Source: an uncultured Mycoplasmatota bacterium
GTDB taxonomy: Bacteria > Bacillota_I > Bacilli_A > RF39 > UBA660
Reading direction: 5' to 3'
NCBI GenBank assembly: GCA_946403755.1
Contig: CAMJBC010000004.1
Coordinates: 44,157-108,156 of the forward strand
Length of the DNA stretch: 64,000 nucleotides
Position numbers and translations under genes: made by a program. Numbering within the stretch: position 1 is the stretch's first letter; every line of letters begins with the position of its first letter. This document shows positions 18,226-29,349 of the stretch, one piece after another. The notes beneath the pieces were generated by a model. It had not been told where the DNA came from, did no database searches, and saw only the letters and a list, made by a program, of their open reading frames with translations.

Positions 18226-19935
18226 CTAACTTTCCATTCTACTTAGAAGTTTTTTATAGATTCCAGGTTCTATAATATTTAGAGCATTCAAAACAGTCTC
18301 TAAAGATGTTTTATAATCACCTTTATAGAATGCTTTTTCTGCTTCTTTTAGTCCTGTTTCTACTTCTTTATTACTTGATCTATATCTATTACCATAAACA
18401 ATAGCCATTTCTGCCATAGCAGCTGTTTTTATTGTTTCTGATGCTGTTTGATATAATTTTAATGATAAATCTCTTGATGTATCTACTCTTAAATTTAATG
18501 TTTTAATAGATATTGGTTTCTTTTCTATTTCAACATTTATTTCTCTTACTGAATCATAAGCTTCTTTTAATTCAATATAAAATCTTTCAGGAATAATTGG
18601 TAAATTATATTCTTTAATCTTATATTTAGAATTATTAATAATATTTTTAATTTCAAATAATTGTTCTCTAGCTCTAGCCTCATCTTCTTTAAGACTTCCT
18701 AAATTTTTAAGTGTTGTTTCTAATTTATCTTCTACTTTTGATAAATTAACAGCAACTAACTCACATTCATTAGCAAGTTTAGAATATGGCATTACTTTCG
18801 CTAAAGTTCTATCATTAATTAATTTAAAACTATCTTTTACTTCAATTAATTCTTTATTTATTTCATCTATTACTTCTATTTCATCATCATTAAGATCATA
18901 TGTATCTTTAATATTATCTATTTCTGCATATAAATTTCTAACTATACTACTTGTTTTAGATAATCTATCACTAATATTAATGATACCTCTTTCATATTCT
19001 TTTTTACCACGTTTTTCAGCATCAAAATCACTATATAGTCCTTCATAATAATCTAATAACGTTTTTAAATCAAAGATTGAATCTTGTAGATTTAAAACAT
19101 TTAATCTATCCATTATTTCACCAATAGTTTTATTAGTTTCTTCAATATTATAATCAATATTTAAATATTCTAAATTATATCCATCTCTAGTTAATTTAGT
19201 ACTTATAGTTTTAATATCATTCATCTTCTTAGGTAAAATCATAGTGGCCATCATAACTATAGTTGGTGCTTCTTCTATAACTATACTAATATTATTAATC
19301 ATATCATCTAATACTTTAACTATTTTAGATAATTCTTCATATTCTTTATTTTGAATTGCCACTTCAAAAGCACTAAATAATTTATCTATATTTTCAAATT
19401 GTAATTCTATTCTAGAAGATACTTCTTGATAATCATTTTTATTTTTATTATATTTGAATACAACTTCTCTATATATACTTTTTAATTTAGTAACAGCTTC
19501 TCTATTTCTATCTTCACTTTCAGTTAATTCTTTTATTTCACCTAATAATTTAATAGATTTAGCTTTAACTCTTAATATATTCTTTTCACATTGTTCTAAT
19601 TTATCTAAAGATTCATTATATTGTTTATCCATTAATGAAGTTTCTATATCAACTAATTCATCAGTTAAACTTGGTAAATCTTTATTTTCTATTTCATCAA
19701 ATCTTTCATGCCATTCAGCAACTTCTTTTTCAGTCTTTTTATTATTAACTAACTTCTCTGCTTTAGCAAGTTCAGTTATTAAAGAAGATGAAATAATTAG
19801 ATTCTTTTCAGTAGTTAATCTATCTATATTACGAAGGACATTTTTCTTTTTCTTATTTTTTAAAAGATATTTTATTCCAAAATAAAGAATAACAGCTAAT
19901 AAAATAATAACTATGATTATAACTGCTTTTCTCAT
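18226..19935 (-). CDS. ezrA: Septation ring formation regulator EzrA
   Basis: 569 aa. A single N-terminal TM helix followed by long coiled-coil repeats. Size and architecture are typical of EzrA. Confidence 0.7.
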   Translation of the reverse strand: MRKAVIIIVIILLAVILYFGIKYLLKNKKKKNVLRNIDRLTTEKNLIISSSLITELAKAEKLVNNKKTEKEVAEWHERFDEIENKDLPSLTDELVDIETSLMDKQYNESLDKLEQCEKNILRVKAKSIKLLGEIKELTESEDRNREAVTKLKSIYREVVFKYNKNKNDYQEVSSRIELQFENIDKLFSAFEVAIQNKEYEELSKIVKVLDDMINNISIVIEEAPTIVMMATMILPKKMNDIKTISTKLTRDGYNLEYLNIDYNIEETNKTIGEIMDRLNVLNLQDSIFDLKTLLDYYEGLYSDFDAEKRGKKEYERGIINISDRLSKTSSIVRNLYAEIDNIKDTYDLNDDEIEVIDEINKELIEVKDSFKLINDRTLAKVMPYSKLANECELVAVNLSKVEDKLETTLKNLGSLKEDEARAREQLFEIKNIINNSKYKIKEYNLPIIPERFYIELKEAYDSVREINVEIEKKPISIKTLNLRVDTSRDLSLKLYQTASETIKTAAMAEMAIVYGNRYRSSNKEVETGLKEAEKAFYKGDYKTSLETVLNALNIIEPGIYKKLLSRMES

Positions 19936-19956
19936 ATTTCCTTATCCTCCTTATAC

Positions 19957-19967
19957 ATTTTATCACA
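19957..19967 (-). promoter_or_regulatory. Extended -10 promoter TGTGATAAAAT for ezrA
   Basis: The minus strand reads ATATGTGATAAAATGTATAAGGAGGATAAGGAAATATG, giving a very short leader. Confidence 0.45.
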
Positions 19968-19995
19968 TATTATTGTTTTTTTAAAGTTTTTGACA

Positions 19996-20024
19996 TAAAA
20001 AAAGAGAAATATAATTTCTCTTTT
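19996..20024 (-). terminator. Rho-independent terminator after the sigma factor gene
   Basis: AAAGAGAAAT-ata-ATTTCTCTTT hairpin followed by a T-run on the minus strand. Confidence 0.65.
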
Positions 20025-20032
20025 ACACTTAA

Positions 20033-21397
20033 TTAGAAATAAACATTTGAAGTCCAAGTTTTAGATTTATTAAGTCTTGGAACAAAACCACTTTTTTCTT
20101 CTCTCTTTGGAAGTTCTGGAACAACTGGATTATTTTGTGGTTTATTAAAGTTTCTATATGCTTTAGGTGTAGCTTCACTACGTTCTTCAAATCTTTCTCT
20201 AAATTTACTATTTCTTCTTAATTTTCTTATAGCTTTATTCTCAACTTGTCTAACATTTTCTCTTGTACAACCTAATTCTTGACCCACAGCTTCTAAAGTC
20301 ATAGGTCCTCCTTCTCTACCTATTCCAAATCTTAACATAAGAATTTTTCTTTGTTTATCAGTAAGAACAGTAGGATCCATTAATATTTCTCTTAAATCTT
20401 TAGCATCCATTTCTTTCATTGCATCTTCTTCTAGATTATAATCAGCACTAAATGTATCTCCTAAAGTCATATCACTATCTTCCATATCACCAACTTTTTG
20501 GTCCATAGAAGCAACAACTGTTGCAAATGATAATAATTCTCTTACTCTATCTTCTTCTAAATTAAATTCAGCAGCTATTTCTTCAACAGTTGGATCACAT
20601 CCACATAATGTATTATATTGTTTTATCCAAAAATCAATTTTATTATATACTTCACACATATGAACTGGAATTCTAATAGTTCTTGATTGATCTGCTATTG
20701 CACGAGTAATACCTTGTCTAATCCACCAAGTAGCATAAGTTGAAAATTTATAACCTTTAGTATAATCAAATTTATCAGCAGCATCAAAAAGTGCCATATT
20801 TCCTTCTTGAATTAAATCATCAAATTCTAAACCTCTACCAATATATCTTTTAGCACGAGATACTACTAATCTAAGATTACTTTCAACAAATTTGTTTCTA
20901 GCGTATTCTCTTTGAGTTTTGTTTCCTTCATTCATCATACGGCCATAATATAATTCACCTTCAGGTGTTAACATTTTAGTTTGATCCATATCTTGAAAAT
21001 AATATGAAAGATTATTTTCTTCTCTATATATACCGCTTTTTGAACCTTGTTTAGTACTTTCAAAGCTTTCTTTTTCTTCTTCTTCGAATTCATCTTTTAC
21101 TTCAATGTTGTTTCTTCTACAATATTCTAAATATAATGTATATATATTTTCATCATCTAGTTCTTGATTTCTTTTAGATGAATAAATACATCCCATTGTT
21201 CTATTTAATAATGGACAATTATCTAATAATATAGCAGCATCTTCTAAAGATAAATTAATTACTACTTCAACATCTTGTGCTTCATCTTTAACAGCTAAAA
21301 ATGTGACAAGTCTTCTAATATTATATAGATAATCTTTAGGACTATTCATCTTAAATTTTGCGTTAACAAATTCTATTATTTTATTAATATCTAACAT
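20033..21397 (-). CDS. Sigma-70 family factor, group 1/2-like, with non-canonical N-terminal domain and C-terminal extension
   Basis: Regions 2-4 are clear: NLRLVVSRAKRYIGRG, DLIQEGNMALFDAADKFDY, YATWWIRQGITRAIADQSRTIRIPVHM and TLEAVGQELGCTRENVRQVENKAIRKLR. The first ~130 aa are unlike region 1.1. A basic tail of about 45 aa extends past region 4.2. Confidence 0.8.
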   Translation of the reverse strand: MLDINKIIEFVNAKFKMNSPKDYLYNIRRLVTFLAVKDEAQDVEVVINLSLEDAAILLDNCPLLNRTMGCIYSSKRNQELDDENIYTLYLEYCRRNNIEVKDEFEEEEKESFESTKQGSKSGIYREENNLSYYFQDMDQTKMLTPEGELYYGRMMNEGNKTQREYARNKFVESNLRLVVSRAKRYIGRGLEFDDLIQEGNMALFDAADKFDYTKGYKFSTYATWWIRQGITRAIADQSRTIRIPVHMCEVYNKIDFWIKQYNTLCGCDPTVEEIAAEFNLEEDRVRELLSFATVVASMDQKVGDMEDSDMTLGDTFSADYNLEEDAMKEMDAKDLREILMDPTVLTDKQRKILMLRFGIGREGGPMTLEAVGQELGCTRENVRQVENKAIRKLRRNSKFRERFEERSEATPKAYRNFNKPQNNPVVPELPKREEKSGFVPRLNKSKTWTSNVYF

Positions 21398-21434
21398 TTC
21401 TATGCCCCCTTTTTAAAGCGAATAAATTATACCA

Positions 21435-21466
21435 CAAAAAAAGAGAAAAGTCAATTATTTCTCTTA
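21435..21466 (-). terminator. Rho-independent terminator after the 80-aa ORF
   Basis: AAGAGAAAA-gtcaatt-ATTTCTCTT hairpin plus a T-run on the minus strand. Confidence 0.55.
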
Positions 21467-21473
21467 TTTTAGC

Positions 21474-21716
21474 CTATAATGTATGAGTATGAAGTTCATC
21501 TTCAGATTCTATTCCAAGTCCTTTTTGCATTTCAGAAGTCATAACATTTAACATATGTGAAGCTATTGCTCCAGCTTTTTGTGTTTCTTCTAAATCATTT
21601 TCAAACTGTTTATTTTTAGCATCAAATGCATTTTTTAGAGCACTAATTTGTTCTGGAGTTAAATCATCTTTTCGAACTCCAAAGTTTCTATTTAGGTAGT
21701 CTTCAAAATTCTCCAT
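21474..21716 (-). CDS. Small acidic hypothetical protein (80 aa)
   Basis: Clean ORF followed by a terminator. No recognisable motif. Confidence 0.45.
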   Translation of the reverse strand: MENFEDYLNRNFGVRKDDLTPEQISALKNAFDAKNKQFENDLEETQKAGAIASHMLNVMTSEMQKGLGIESEDELHTHTL

Positions 21717-21795
21717 AATAAAAGCCTCCTTGTCTTATAACTCTATTTTACCATATTTAGGGTTATTTTTGAGTAAGAAGGCATAAACTTTACAC

Positions 21796-22977
21796 TTATT
21801 TCTTAATAGTTTTATATGCTATTAAAAGAAGTATTATTTGAATAGTTGTTGTAATTGCTGCTCCTAAGAATATATTTTTAAATGCACTAACAATTAATAC
21901 GCCTGCTAAGAAAGCTCCAATACCCTCTCCTATGCAAGCAACAAAATATCTAATATTTCCAAATAAGAATTGATCTTCATTTTTAACTCTTTGTAAAAAT
22001 GTACCTGTTGATTTATCTTCAAGTAATCTAGATGTAATGTAAGATACTACTATTGATATTATAAATGCATTTATATCTTCAGTTAAATATGCAATTATAA
22101 ATGTTAATAATCTTGTTCCAAATTTAATAAATATACCAAGGTTAAAACTAATCTTTTTACTAAATTTATTAAACATTGAACAAAATACACTACCTAAGAA
22201 ATTACATACTATTATAAATATTGATGCTATTGAAACTTCAAAATTAATATAGGATTCACCTGTTAATATAAGCATCATTAAATCAAATATTATTCCATAT
22301 GATATATCTATAAATAATACACTTATTAAATATATTCTATTTGTTTTATCTTTTAAAATATTTTTAAATGATTTTAATAAAGCTCCATGTTCTTGACTTA
22401 TTTTTTCATTAGCTTTAAAAAATAACAAAAATAATCCACTTAATGTGTTAGCAATTAATGCTATTATTAAACAACCTTGATATGTTAATAATGGAATATT
22501 ATGAATGCTAATTCCAAGTAATATACCACATCCTATAATACCTATATCTCTAGCTATATAATCTACTAAAGATTTCTTTTTAAACATTTCATCACTTTTA
22601 TTAACATATGCAAGAAGTGGATAATAACTAACACTAAATATTACTTCACACATTACTGTTAATAATATTCCTATTTTTATTACAAAAATATCTTTAGTAA
22701 AAAATAAAACTATCATAGCTAATAATCTAATAAATATAGATTCTATTATTACATTTTTAATCTTAATTTTAGATGAAAATAAACTAATTATAAAAGATAT
22801 TACAGCACTGCATATTAAAGCAACAGAAAATATTCTGCTTATATCTGTTAAACTAAATAATCTATCTTTAAGCCATAATTGTCTATAATTACCCCATATT
22901 CCCATAGAAAAAGACATTAAAAATAGAACAATTAGTATTAATCTTTCATTTCCTATTTTATTAATCTTTTCTGTCAT
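21796..22977 (-). CDS. Polytopic membrane protein, MFS-transporter-like
   Basis: 393 aa, about 10-12 hydrophobic helices throughout. No catalytic motif recognised. Confidence 0.5.
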   Translation of the reverse strand: MTEKINKIGNERLILIVLFLMSFSMGIWGNYRQLWLKDRLFSLTDISRIFSVALICSAVISFIISLFSSKIKIKNVIIESIFIRLLAMIVLFFTKDIFVIKIGILLTVMCEVIFSVSYYPLLAYVNKSDEMFKKKSLVDYIARDIGIIGCGILLGISIHNIPLLTYQGCLIIALIANTLSGLFLLFFKANEKISQEHGALLKSFKNILKDKTNRIYLISVLFIDISYGIIFDLMMLILTGESYINFEVSIASIFIIVCNFLGSVFCSMFNKFSKKISFNLGIFIKFGTRLLTFIIAYLTEDINAFIISIVVSYITSRLLEDKSTGTFLQRVKNEDQFLFGNIRYFVACIGEGIGAFLAGVLIVSAFKNIFLGAAITTTIQIILLLIAYKTIKK

Positions 22978-22984
22978 ATTTCCT

Positions 22985-24268
22985 CTATTTTATTTTAATA
23001 GTATCCTTATCCATATATATAGCACTACTTATATTAACAACAGGTCTAATAGCATTTCCATTAGTAAATGTATCACCTATTGAACTATATAATATATTGC
23101 CACTTACAGTATTATCATAAATATTAAAAAGTCCAAATAATGCATAACTATCAAATGCGTTTACATATCTACTAGATAACCATGTATTATATTTTGGATT
23201 CATAAATATATCATAATATGTTCCATTAAAATTAGAGTATTCCATTTCATGAGTCCAATAATCAACATTTATTTCTAAAAATTCTTCTTTTGTATAAGGC
23301 TCTTCAGTAATTAATTCACCTGGTTCACTTTTTGATAATTTATTTAAATATTGTTTTGGAGTATATGTATTTATCTCATATTTAATATATCCATTATTTG
23401 TTTGTGGATTATAGTATGTTTTATAATCCCATAGTTTGCTTAAATTAGATTCTATGTCTTCTATAGCTAAATTTCTAGCTGAAGCATTATAACTACCATA
23501 TAATTTATTACATATATCATTCAATAAATAAACTCCATTATTATATCCATTACTTCCACTTAAATATAATAGATTATTTTTATTATCTATAGTTATTGGT
23601 TGCTCAGAAATAATATTAATACTTCCATCATCTAATACATTTAATAGTTTCCATTTAGATGATTTTTTTATTACATTTTGATCTTTATTATATCCAGATA
23701 ATTCTTTTTCAACTACATATTTATCATTAGAATTAACAGGTGAATAATTTACATTTGTTCCAACTAAAAGAGTATTAGTTATTTCACTATATCCTTCTTT
23801 AACTTTAACATCTTCAAGAGGATTATTAGAGTATCCACTTGCTACATCAAATTTAATTTTAATTAATTTATCACTTGTATTACTAACAAATAATTTGATT
23901 TTTTTGCTTTCATTAGGTAATATACTTCCACTTGGTGCTTCATTTAAATAAAAGATACTAATACCACTATTATTTAAATAAGATAATTTATATTTAGTTT
24001 CTACTTCATTTAGTGATGTAAGTTCAGTATTTAAAATAATATTACCTGGTTTAATAGATATTTCATTAGTATAAACATTGTTTATTTTAAATTCATAATC
24101 AAGTTTATTAACTAACATCTCTACTGCTCTATGATTTGAAGATTTATAAATAAAGTTAGAGTAAGACGTACTAAAAGAAATACATACCAAAATTAGGAAT
24201 GCAGTTAAAAGTATAATTCTATTTCTAATTATTTTTATATACCTTCTATCTTTCATAGTTTTCCTCAT
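22985..24268 (-). CDS. Signal-anchored secreted/surface protein of unknown function
   Basis: N-terminal basic stretch, then TM IILLTAFLILVCISF followed by STSYSNF. Beta-rich body. C-terminal ...WLSSRY...NAIRPVVNIS motif. Confidence 0.6.
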   Translation of the reverse strand: MRKTMKDRRYIKIIRNRIILLTAFLILVCISFSTSYSNFIYKSSNHRAVEMLVNKLDYEFKINNVYTNEISIKPGNIILNTELTSLNEVETKYKLSYLNNSGISIFYLNEAPSGSILPNESKKIKLFVSNTSDKLIKIKFDVASGYSNNPLEDVKVKEGYSEITNTLLVGTNVNYSPVNSNDKYVVEKELSGYNKDQNVIKKSSKWKLLNVLDDGSINIISEQPITIDNKNNLLYLSGSNGYNNGVYLLNDICNKLYGSYNASARNLAIEDIESNLSKLWDYKTYYNPQTNNGYIKYEINTYTPKQYLNKLSKSEPGELITEEPYTKEEFLEINVDYWTHEMEYSNFNGTYYDIFMNPKYNTWLSSRYVNAFDSYALFGLFNIYDNTVSGNILYSSIGDTFTNGNAIRPVVNISSAIYMDKDTIKIK

Positions 24269-24304
24269 TATAATTATAATATTTTAAGTATTATTTTTCA
24301 AGCA

Positions 24305-24333
24305 AATAAAAAACTCTAGATTGCTCTAGAGTT
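24305..24333 (-). terminator. Rho-independent terminator after tuf
   Basis: AACTCTAG...CTAGAGTT hairpin followed by TTTTTATTT on the minus strand. Confidence 0.7.
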
Positions 24334-24350
24334 AATTTATTGCTTAGTAA

Positions 24351-25520
24351 TTATTCTAAAATTTCAGAAACTACACCAGCACCAACTGTTCTACCACCTT
24401 CACGAATTGAGAAGTTTGTTCCGTTTTCAATTGCGATTGGAGTGATTAATTCAACAGTCATATCAACATTGTCACCAGGCATAACCATTTCAGTACCTTC
24501 TGGTAATGTAATTACACCAGTAACATCAGTTGTTCTAAAGTAGAATTGTGGTCTGTAGTTGCTGAAGAATGGAGTATGACGTCCACCTTCTTCTTTAGAT
24601 AATACATAAACGCTAGCTTTGAATTTCTTATGTGGTGTAACACTACCTGGTTTACATAGAATTTGTCCTCTTTCAACATCTTCTCTGTTAATTCCACGAA
24701 GTAAAACTCCAGCATTATCTCCAGCTTCAGCATAATCTAAAGATTTTCTGAACATTTCAATACCAGTAACAACTGTTTTTCTAGTATCTCTAATACCAAC
24801 AATTTCAACTTCATCGTTAAGATTTAATCTACCTCTTTCAACACGACCTGTAACAACAGTTCCACGTCCTGTGATAGTAAATACATCTTCAATGCTCATT
24901 AAGAATGGTTTTTCTGTATCTCTTACTGGAGTATCAATCCATGTATCAACAGCAGCCATAAGATCTTTAATAGGTTGTACCCATTTTTCATCTCCTTCAA
25001 GAGCCTTAAGAGCTGAACCACGAATAACTGGAGTATTGTCTCCATCAAATCCGTATTCATTTAATAATTCTCTAACTTCCATTTCTACTAAATCAAGAAG
25101 TTCTGCGTCATCAACCATATCACATTTATTGATGAATACTACCATTTTTGGTACACCAACTTGACGTGATAATAAGATGTGCTCTCTAGTTTGAGGCATT
25201 GGACCATCTGTAGCAGAAACTACTAAGATAGCTCCATCCATTTGAGCAGCACCAGTAATCATATTTTTTACATAGTCTGCGTGTCCTGGACAGTCAACGT
25301 GAGCATAGTGACGTTTGTCAGTTGAATACTCAACGTGAGCAGTATTAATAGTAATACCTCTTTCCTTTTCTTCTGGTGCTTTATCGATTTGATCATAAGC
25401 CATAAATTCACCAAAATATTTAGTAATAGCAGCTGTTAATGTTGTTTTACCATGGTCAACGTGTCCAATAGTACCAATATTAACATGTTCTTTAGAACGA
25501 TCGAATTTTTGTTTTGCCAT
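24351..25520 (-). CDS. tuf: Elongation factor Tu
   Basis: Canonical [21 protein letters not shown] and SALKA motifs. 389 aa. Last gene of the str operon. Confidence 0.98.
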   Translation of the reverse strand: MAKQKFDRSKEHVNIGTIGHVDHGKTTLTAAITKYFGEFMAYDQIDKAPEEKERGITINTAHVEYSTDKRHYAHVDCPGHADYVKNMITGAAQMDGAILVVSATDGPMPQTREHILLSRQVGVPKMVVFINKCDMVDDAELLDLVEMEVRELLNEYGFDGDNTPVIRGSALKALEGDEKWVQPIKDLMAAVDTWIDTPVRDTEKPFLMSIEDVFTITGRGTVVTGRVERGRLNLNDEVEIVGIRDTRKTVVTGIEMFRKSLDYAEAGDNAGVLLRGINREDVERGQILCKPGSVTPHKKFKASVYVLSKEEGGRHTPFFSNYRPQFYFRTTDVTGVITLPEGTEMVMPGDNVDMTVELITPIAIENGTNFSIREGGRTVGAGVVSEILE

Positions 25521-25552
25521 TTTACTTTCCTCCTTTTTTCTAACATAAATAT

Positions 25553-25581
25553 ATTTTATCTAATACTTGATTAGTTTTCAA
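25553..25581 (-). promoter_or_regulatory. Internal sigma-A-type promoter in the fusA-tuf spacer
   Basis: The minus strand reads TTGAAA, a 17-nt spacer, then TAAAAT, about 30 nt upstream of RBS AAGGAGG. Confidence 0.5.
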
Positions 25582-25618
25582 GTATAAATAACTAAATTGG
25601 CAATACTAGTGTACTAAA

Positions 25619-27691
25619 TTATTGTACACCATTTCTTTTAATAATTTCTTCAGATATACCTTTAGGTACTTCTTCATAATGATCGAAGATCATTTGATAT
25701 GTTCCACGACCTTGAGTATTACTTCTAAGTACTGTCATATATCCAAACATTTCTGAAAGTGGAACCATTGCTTTAATATCAATGTCTTTTCCAATATTTT
25801 CATTTCCAAGAGGTTTACCTCTTCTACTAGTTAAATCTCCCATAACTGTACCCATGAATTCTTCTGGAACTCTTACGTCTACTAACATAATTGGTTCTAA
25901 AATACATGGATTACATTTATTTTTAGCTTCTTTTAATGCCATAGATGCTGCAATTTTGAATGCCATTTCATTTGAGTCTACATCATGGTAAGATCCATCA
26001 AATAATGTACATTTAACATCTATCATTGGATATCCTGCTAGTACACCACCAGCAAGTGCTTCTTGAAGACCTTTGTCTACAACTGGAATGTATTCACGAG
26101 GAACAACTCCACCAACAACTTCATCAACGAATTCATATCCTTTATCTTTATTAGGTTCAAATTTAACCCAAACATGTCCGTATTGTCCACGTCCACCTGA
26201 TTGTTTGATGTATTTTCCTTCACATTCTGCAGTAGATTTTAATGTTTCTCTATAAGCAACTTGTGGTTTACCAACATTTGCTTCAACACCAAATTCTCTT
26301 TTCATTCTGTCAACTAATACATCTAAGTGTAATTCACCCATACCAGCAATAATTGTTTGACCAGTTTCATGATCAGTTTTTGCTCTGAATGATGGGTCTT
26401 CTTTAGCTAATTTTTGAAGAGCTAAGCTCATTTTTTCTTGATCAGCTTTTGATTTTGGTTCAATAGCAAGTTCAATAACTGGTTCTGGGAATACCATTTT
26501 TTCTAAGATAACTTGAGATTTTTCATCACAAAGTGTATCTCCAGTTGTAGTATCTTTTAAACCTACTGCTGCTGCTATTTCACCAGCATAAACTTCTTGA
26601 ATTTCTTTTCTTTGATTAGCATGCATTTGAAGAATACGTCCGATTCTTTCTTTTTCTCCATTAGTTGAGTTCATTACATAACTTCCACTCTTTAAAACAC
26701 CTGAATATACACGGAAGAATGTTAAGTTTCCTACAAATGGGTCATTCATAACCTTGAATGCTAATGCTGCGAATGGTTCAGAATCACTAGCTTTTCTAGT
26801 AACTTCTTTATCATTCATATCGATACCTTTAACAGCTTCGATATCAGTTGGTGCAGGTAAATAATCAATAACTGCATCCATCATTGCTCTAGTTCCTTTG
26901 TCATCTAAAGCATCTGCACATAAGATTGGATAGAACTTACCAGCAATAGTAGCTGTTCTAATAGCTTTCTTAAGCATATCTACAGTTACTTCATTACCTT
27001 CTAAGTAAGTTTCCATTAATTCATCATCATAGTCAGCAACAGCTTCGATTAATTTATTTCTATAATCTTCAGCTTTACTTACCATATCTGATGGAATATC
27101 TATTTCTTTTACAGTTTGTTCTGGTTTTCCATCATACTCATATGCTTTATTAGTAACTAAATCAACATATCCAGTATAATGATCTTCTGCACCTATTGGT
27201 AACATAATAGGTTCTGCATTATTTGCAAGTCTATTATGAATTGAATCTAATGAATAATAGAAGTCAGCTCCTATTTTAGTCATTTTGTTTGCACAAATCA
27301 TTCTAGGTACATTATAGTCATTAGCTTGTCTCCAAACTTGTTCAGTTTGAGTTTCTACACCAGCTTGAGCATCTATAAGTGCGATAGCACCATCTAATAC
27401 TCTTAAACTACGAGCAACTTCAATAGTAAAGTCTACGTGTCCAGGAGTGTCTATGATATTAAATCTATATCCATTCCAGTGAACAGTAGTTGCTGCACTA
27501 GTAATTGTAATTCCTCTTTCTTTTTCTTGATCCATCCAGTCCATTTGAGACTCACCATCATGAGTTTCACCAATTTTATGGATGTTTCCACCTAAATATA
27601 GAATTCTCTCAGTTGTTGTTGTTTTACCAGCATCAATGTGAGCCATAATTCCTATATTACGAGTTTTTTCGATTGATACATCACGAGCCAT
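25619..27691 (-). CDS. fusA: Elongation factor G
   Basis: [17 protein letters not shown] and NKMT/D motifs. 690 aa. Lies between rpsG and tuf. Confidence 0.97.
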   Translation of the reverse strand: MARDVSIEKTRNIGIMAHIDAGKTTTTERILYLGGNIHKIGETHDGESQMDWMDQEKERGITITSAATTVHWNGYRFNIIDTPGHVDFTIEVARSLRVLDGAIALIDAQAGVETQTEQVWRQANDYNVPRMICANKMTKIGADFYYSLDSIHNRLANNAEPIMLPIGAEDHYTGYVDLVTNKAYEYDGKPEQTVKEIDIPSDMVSKAEDYRNKLIEAVADYDDELMETYLEGNEVTVDMLKKAIRTATIAGKFYPILCADALDDKGTRAMMDAVIDYLPAPTDIEAVKGIDMNDKEVTRKASDSEPFAALAFKVMNDPFVGNLTFFRVYSGVLKSGSYVMNSTNGEKERIGRILQMHANQRKEIQEVYAGEIAAAVGLKDTTTGDTLCDEKSQVILEKMVFPEPVIELAIEPKSKADQEKMSLALQKLAKEDPSFRAKTDHETGQTIIAGMGELHLDVLVDRMKREFGVEANVGKPQVAYRETLKSTAECEGKYIKQSGGRGQYGHVWVKFEPNKDKGYEFVDEVVGGVVPREYIPVVDKGLQEALAGGVLAGYPMIDVKCTLFDGSYHDVDSNEMAFKIAASMALKEAKNKCNPCILEPIMLVDVRVPEEFMGTVMGDLTSRRGKPLGNENIGKDIDIKAMVPLSEMFGYMTVLRSNTQGRGTYQMIFDHYEEVPKGISEEIIKRNGVQ

Positions 27692-27706
27692 AAATATTCT
27701 CCCTTC

Positions 27707-28174
27707 TTACCATCTATAATGTGCATAAGCTTTATTAGCCTCTGCCATCTTATGAGTGTCTTCTCTTTTCTTAACTGCTCCACCAACACCATTTGAAGCA
27801 TCTATTATTTCAGCAGCTAAATTTTCTGCCATTCCTTTTCCATTTCTATTTTTAGCATATTGAATTAACCATCTAAGAGTTAAAGCATTTGCTCTATCTT
27901 CTCTTACTTCCATTGGTACAGAATAGTTACTTCCACCAATTCTTCTACTCTTTATTTCTAAAGCTGGTCTGATATTATCAAAAGCTACATTTAAAACTTC
28001 TAAAGGATCTTTATTTGTTTTTTCTTTAACTATATCAAGTGCGCTATATAAAATCTTTTGAGCAGTTCCTTTTTTACCATCTAACATAATTCCATTGATT
28101 AATTTAGTAACCATTTTAGAATTATATATTGGATCTGCTAAAACATCTCTTTTAATTGCTTGTCTTTTACGCAT
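27707..28174 (-). CDS. rpsG: 30S ribosomal protein S7
   Basis: 155 aa; [19 protein letters not shown]...AHYRW is typical of S7. Confidence 0.97.
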   Translation of the reverse strand: MRKRQAIKRDVLADPIYNSKMVTKLINGIMLDGKKGTAQKILYSALDIVKEKTNKDPLEVLNVAFDNIRPALEIKSRRIGGSNYSVPMEVREDRANALTLRWLIQYAKNRNGKGMAENLAAEIIDASNGVGGAVKKREDTHKMAEANKAYAHYRW

Positions 28175-28207
28175 TTTATTGTCTCCTTTCTTCTTTTAAA
28201 TTAATTA

Positions 28208-28621
28208 TTAGTTTTTAGGTTTTTTAGTACCATATTTACTTCTACCTTGTCTTCTTTTATCAATACCAGCAGTATCTAATGTACCACGAACAATATGATA
28301 ACGAACACCGATTAAGTCTTTAACACGACCACCACGAATTAGAACAACACTATGTTCTTGTAGGTTGTGTCCTTCTCCACCTATATAGCAAGTAACTTCC
28401 ATTCCATTACTTAATCTAACTCTTGCTATTTTTCTTAAAGCTGAGTTTGGTTTTTTAGGTGTTTTAGTAGAAACACGAGTACAAACTCCACGTTTTTGTG
28501 GTGATGAGTTATTAGTTCTAACTTTATCTTTAGAGTTATATCCAATATTTAAAACTGGGCTTTTACTCTTTTTAGTTTTCTTTCCTCTACCATTTCTAAC
28601 TAGTTGATTGATTGTAGCCAT
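28208..28621 (-). CDS. rpsL: 30S ribosomal protein S12
   Basis: MATINQLVR...[10 protein letters not shown]...[18 protein letters not shown] is typical of S12. Confidence 0.97.
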   Translation of the reverse strand: MATINQLVRNGRGKKTKKSKSPVLNIGYNSKDKVRTNNSSPQKRGVCTRVSTKTPKKPNSALRKIARVRLSNGMEVTCYIGGEGHNLQEHSVVLIRGGRVKDLIGVRYHIVRGTLDTAGIDKRRQGRSKYGTKKPKN

Positions 28622-28711
28622 AAAAATCTCCTTTCTAATTACACATTTCCAGGTGTATCAAAATCTTTATTTTTTTTGGTTTTCTACATGAGAAAACCCG
28701 AAATCTATTTG

Positions 28712-28740
28712 ATTTTAACACTATTTATATACTATGTCAA
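28712..28740 (-). promoter_or_regulatory. str operon promoter
   Basis: The minus strand reads TTGACA, a 17-nt spacer, then TAAAAT. A leader hairpin GGTTTTCT-catgt-AGAAAACC lies before the rpsL RBS AAAGGAG. Confidence 0.6.
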
Positions 28741-28748
28741 TAGAAAAA

Positions 28749-29324
28749 TTAATTATTTTTTACACATAAACTTATATCTTCAGAATCGTAAGATTTCACC
28801 CCTACTCTAGCTACTAATTTTGTATTTAACATATCCATTTGATCTACATTTTCATCATAACTAATCCAAATATATAAATTATATTTATTTGATGTATTTT
28901 TTTCTAAAAAAATGTTTTCAGCTATTACCATATTATCTATATCATTTGCATTTTTAAAATTGCCTTCTACTATATTATCTTTTGATACTAATTTATATTT
29001 CAAATATTCACTTTTTAATGAATCAGATATTTCACTAATATCTAAATATATACTAGCACAAGAATTTAAAGATTCTTCACTTGATACAATAGTAAAATCT
29101 TTTTTATATGCTGACTTGCTATAATCTCTATCATATATAGGAGGTAAAACTACATCTTCTAGTTTATTATCTATTATTTTCACATCAACTTTTCCTGTTT
29201 TAAAACTAGTTGGTGAAACATTCTCTCTATTAACTTTAGTTCCAAAATAAGACAAAGATACACTAAATGTACCAATAAATAATATTACTAATAATGAATA
29301 CAATATTAAATACTTTTCTTTCAT
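28749..29324 (-). CDS. Signal-anchored secreted protein of unknown function
   Basis: Preferred start is ATG 29324 (RBS GAGGA); the track start 29408 overlaps the upstream gene and its terminator. The N-terminus reads MKEKYLILYSLLVILFIGTFSVSLSYFGTK, followed by a beta-rich body. Confidence 0.6.
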   Translation of the reverse strand: MKEKYLILYSLLVILFIGTFSVSLSYFGTKVNRENVSPTSFKTGKVDVKIIDNKLEDVVLPPIYDRDYSKSAYKKDFTIVSSEESLNSCASIYLDISEISDSLKSEYLKYKLVSKDNIVEGNFKNANDIDNMVIAENIFLEKNTSNKYNLYIWISYDENVDQMDMLNTKLVARVGVKSYDSEDISLCVKNN

Positions 29325-29349
29325 CTTATCCTCAATTAAATTATAAGGC

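Noticed and set aside
28604-28810. 68-aa plus-strand ORF spanning the rpsL 5' end and promoter region
   Set aside because: It overlaps the rpsL start, its leader hairpin and the TTGACA-17-TAAAAT promoter on the opposite strand. There is no RBS and the composition is implausible.
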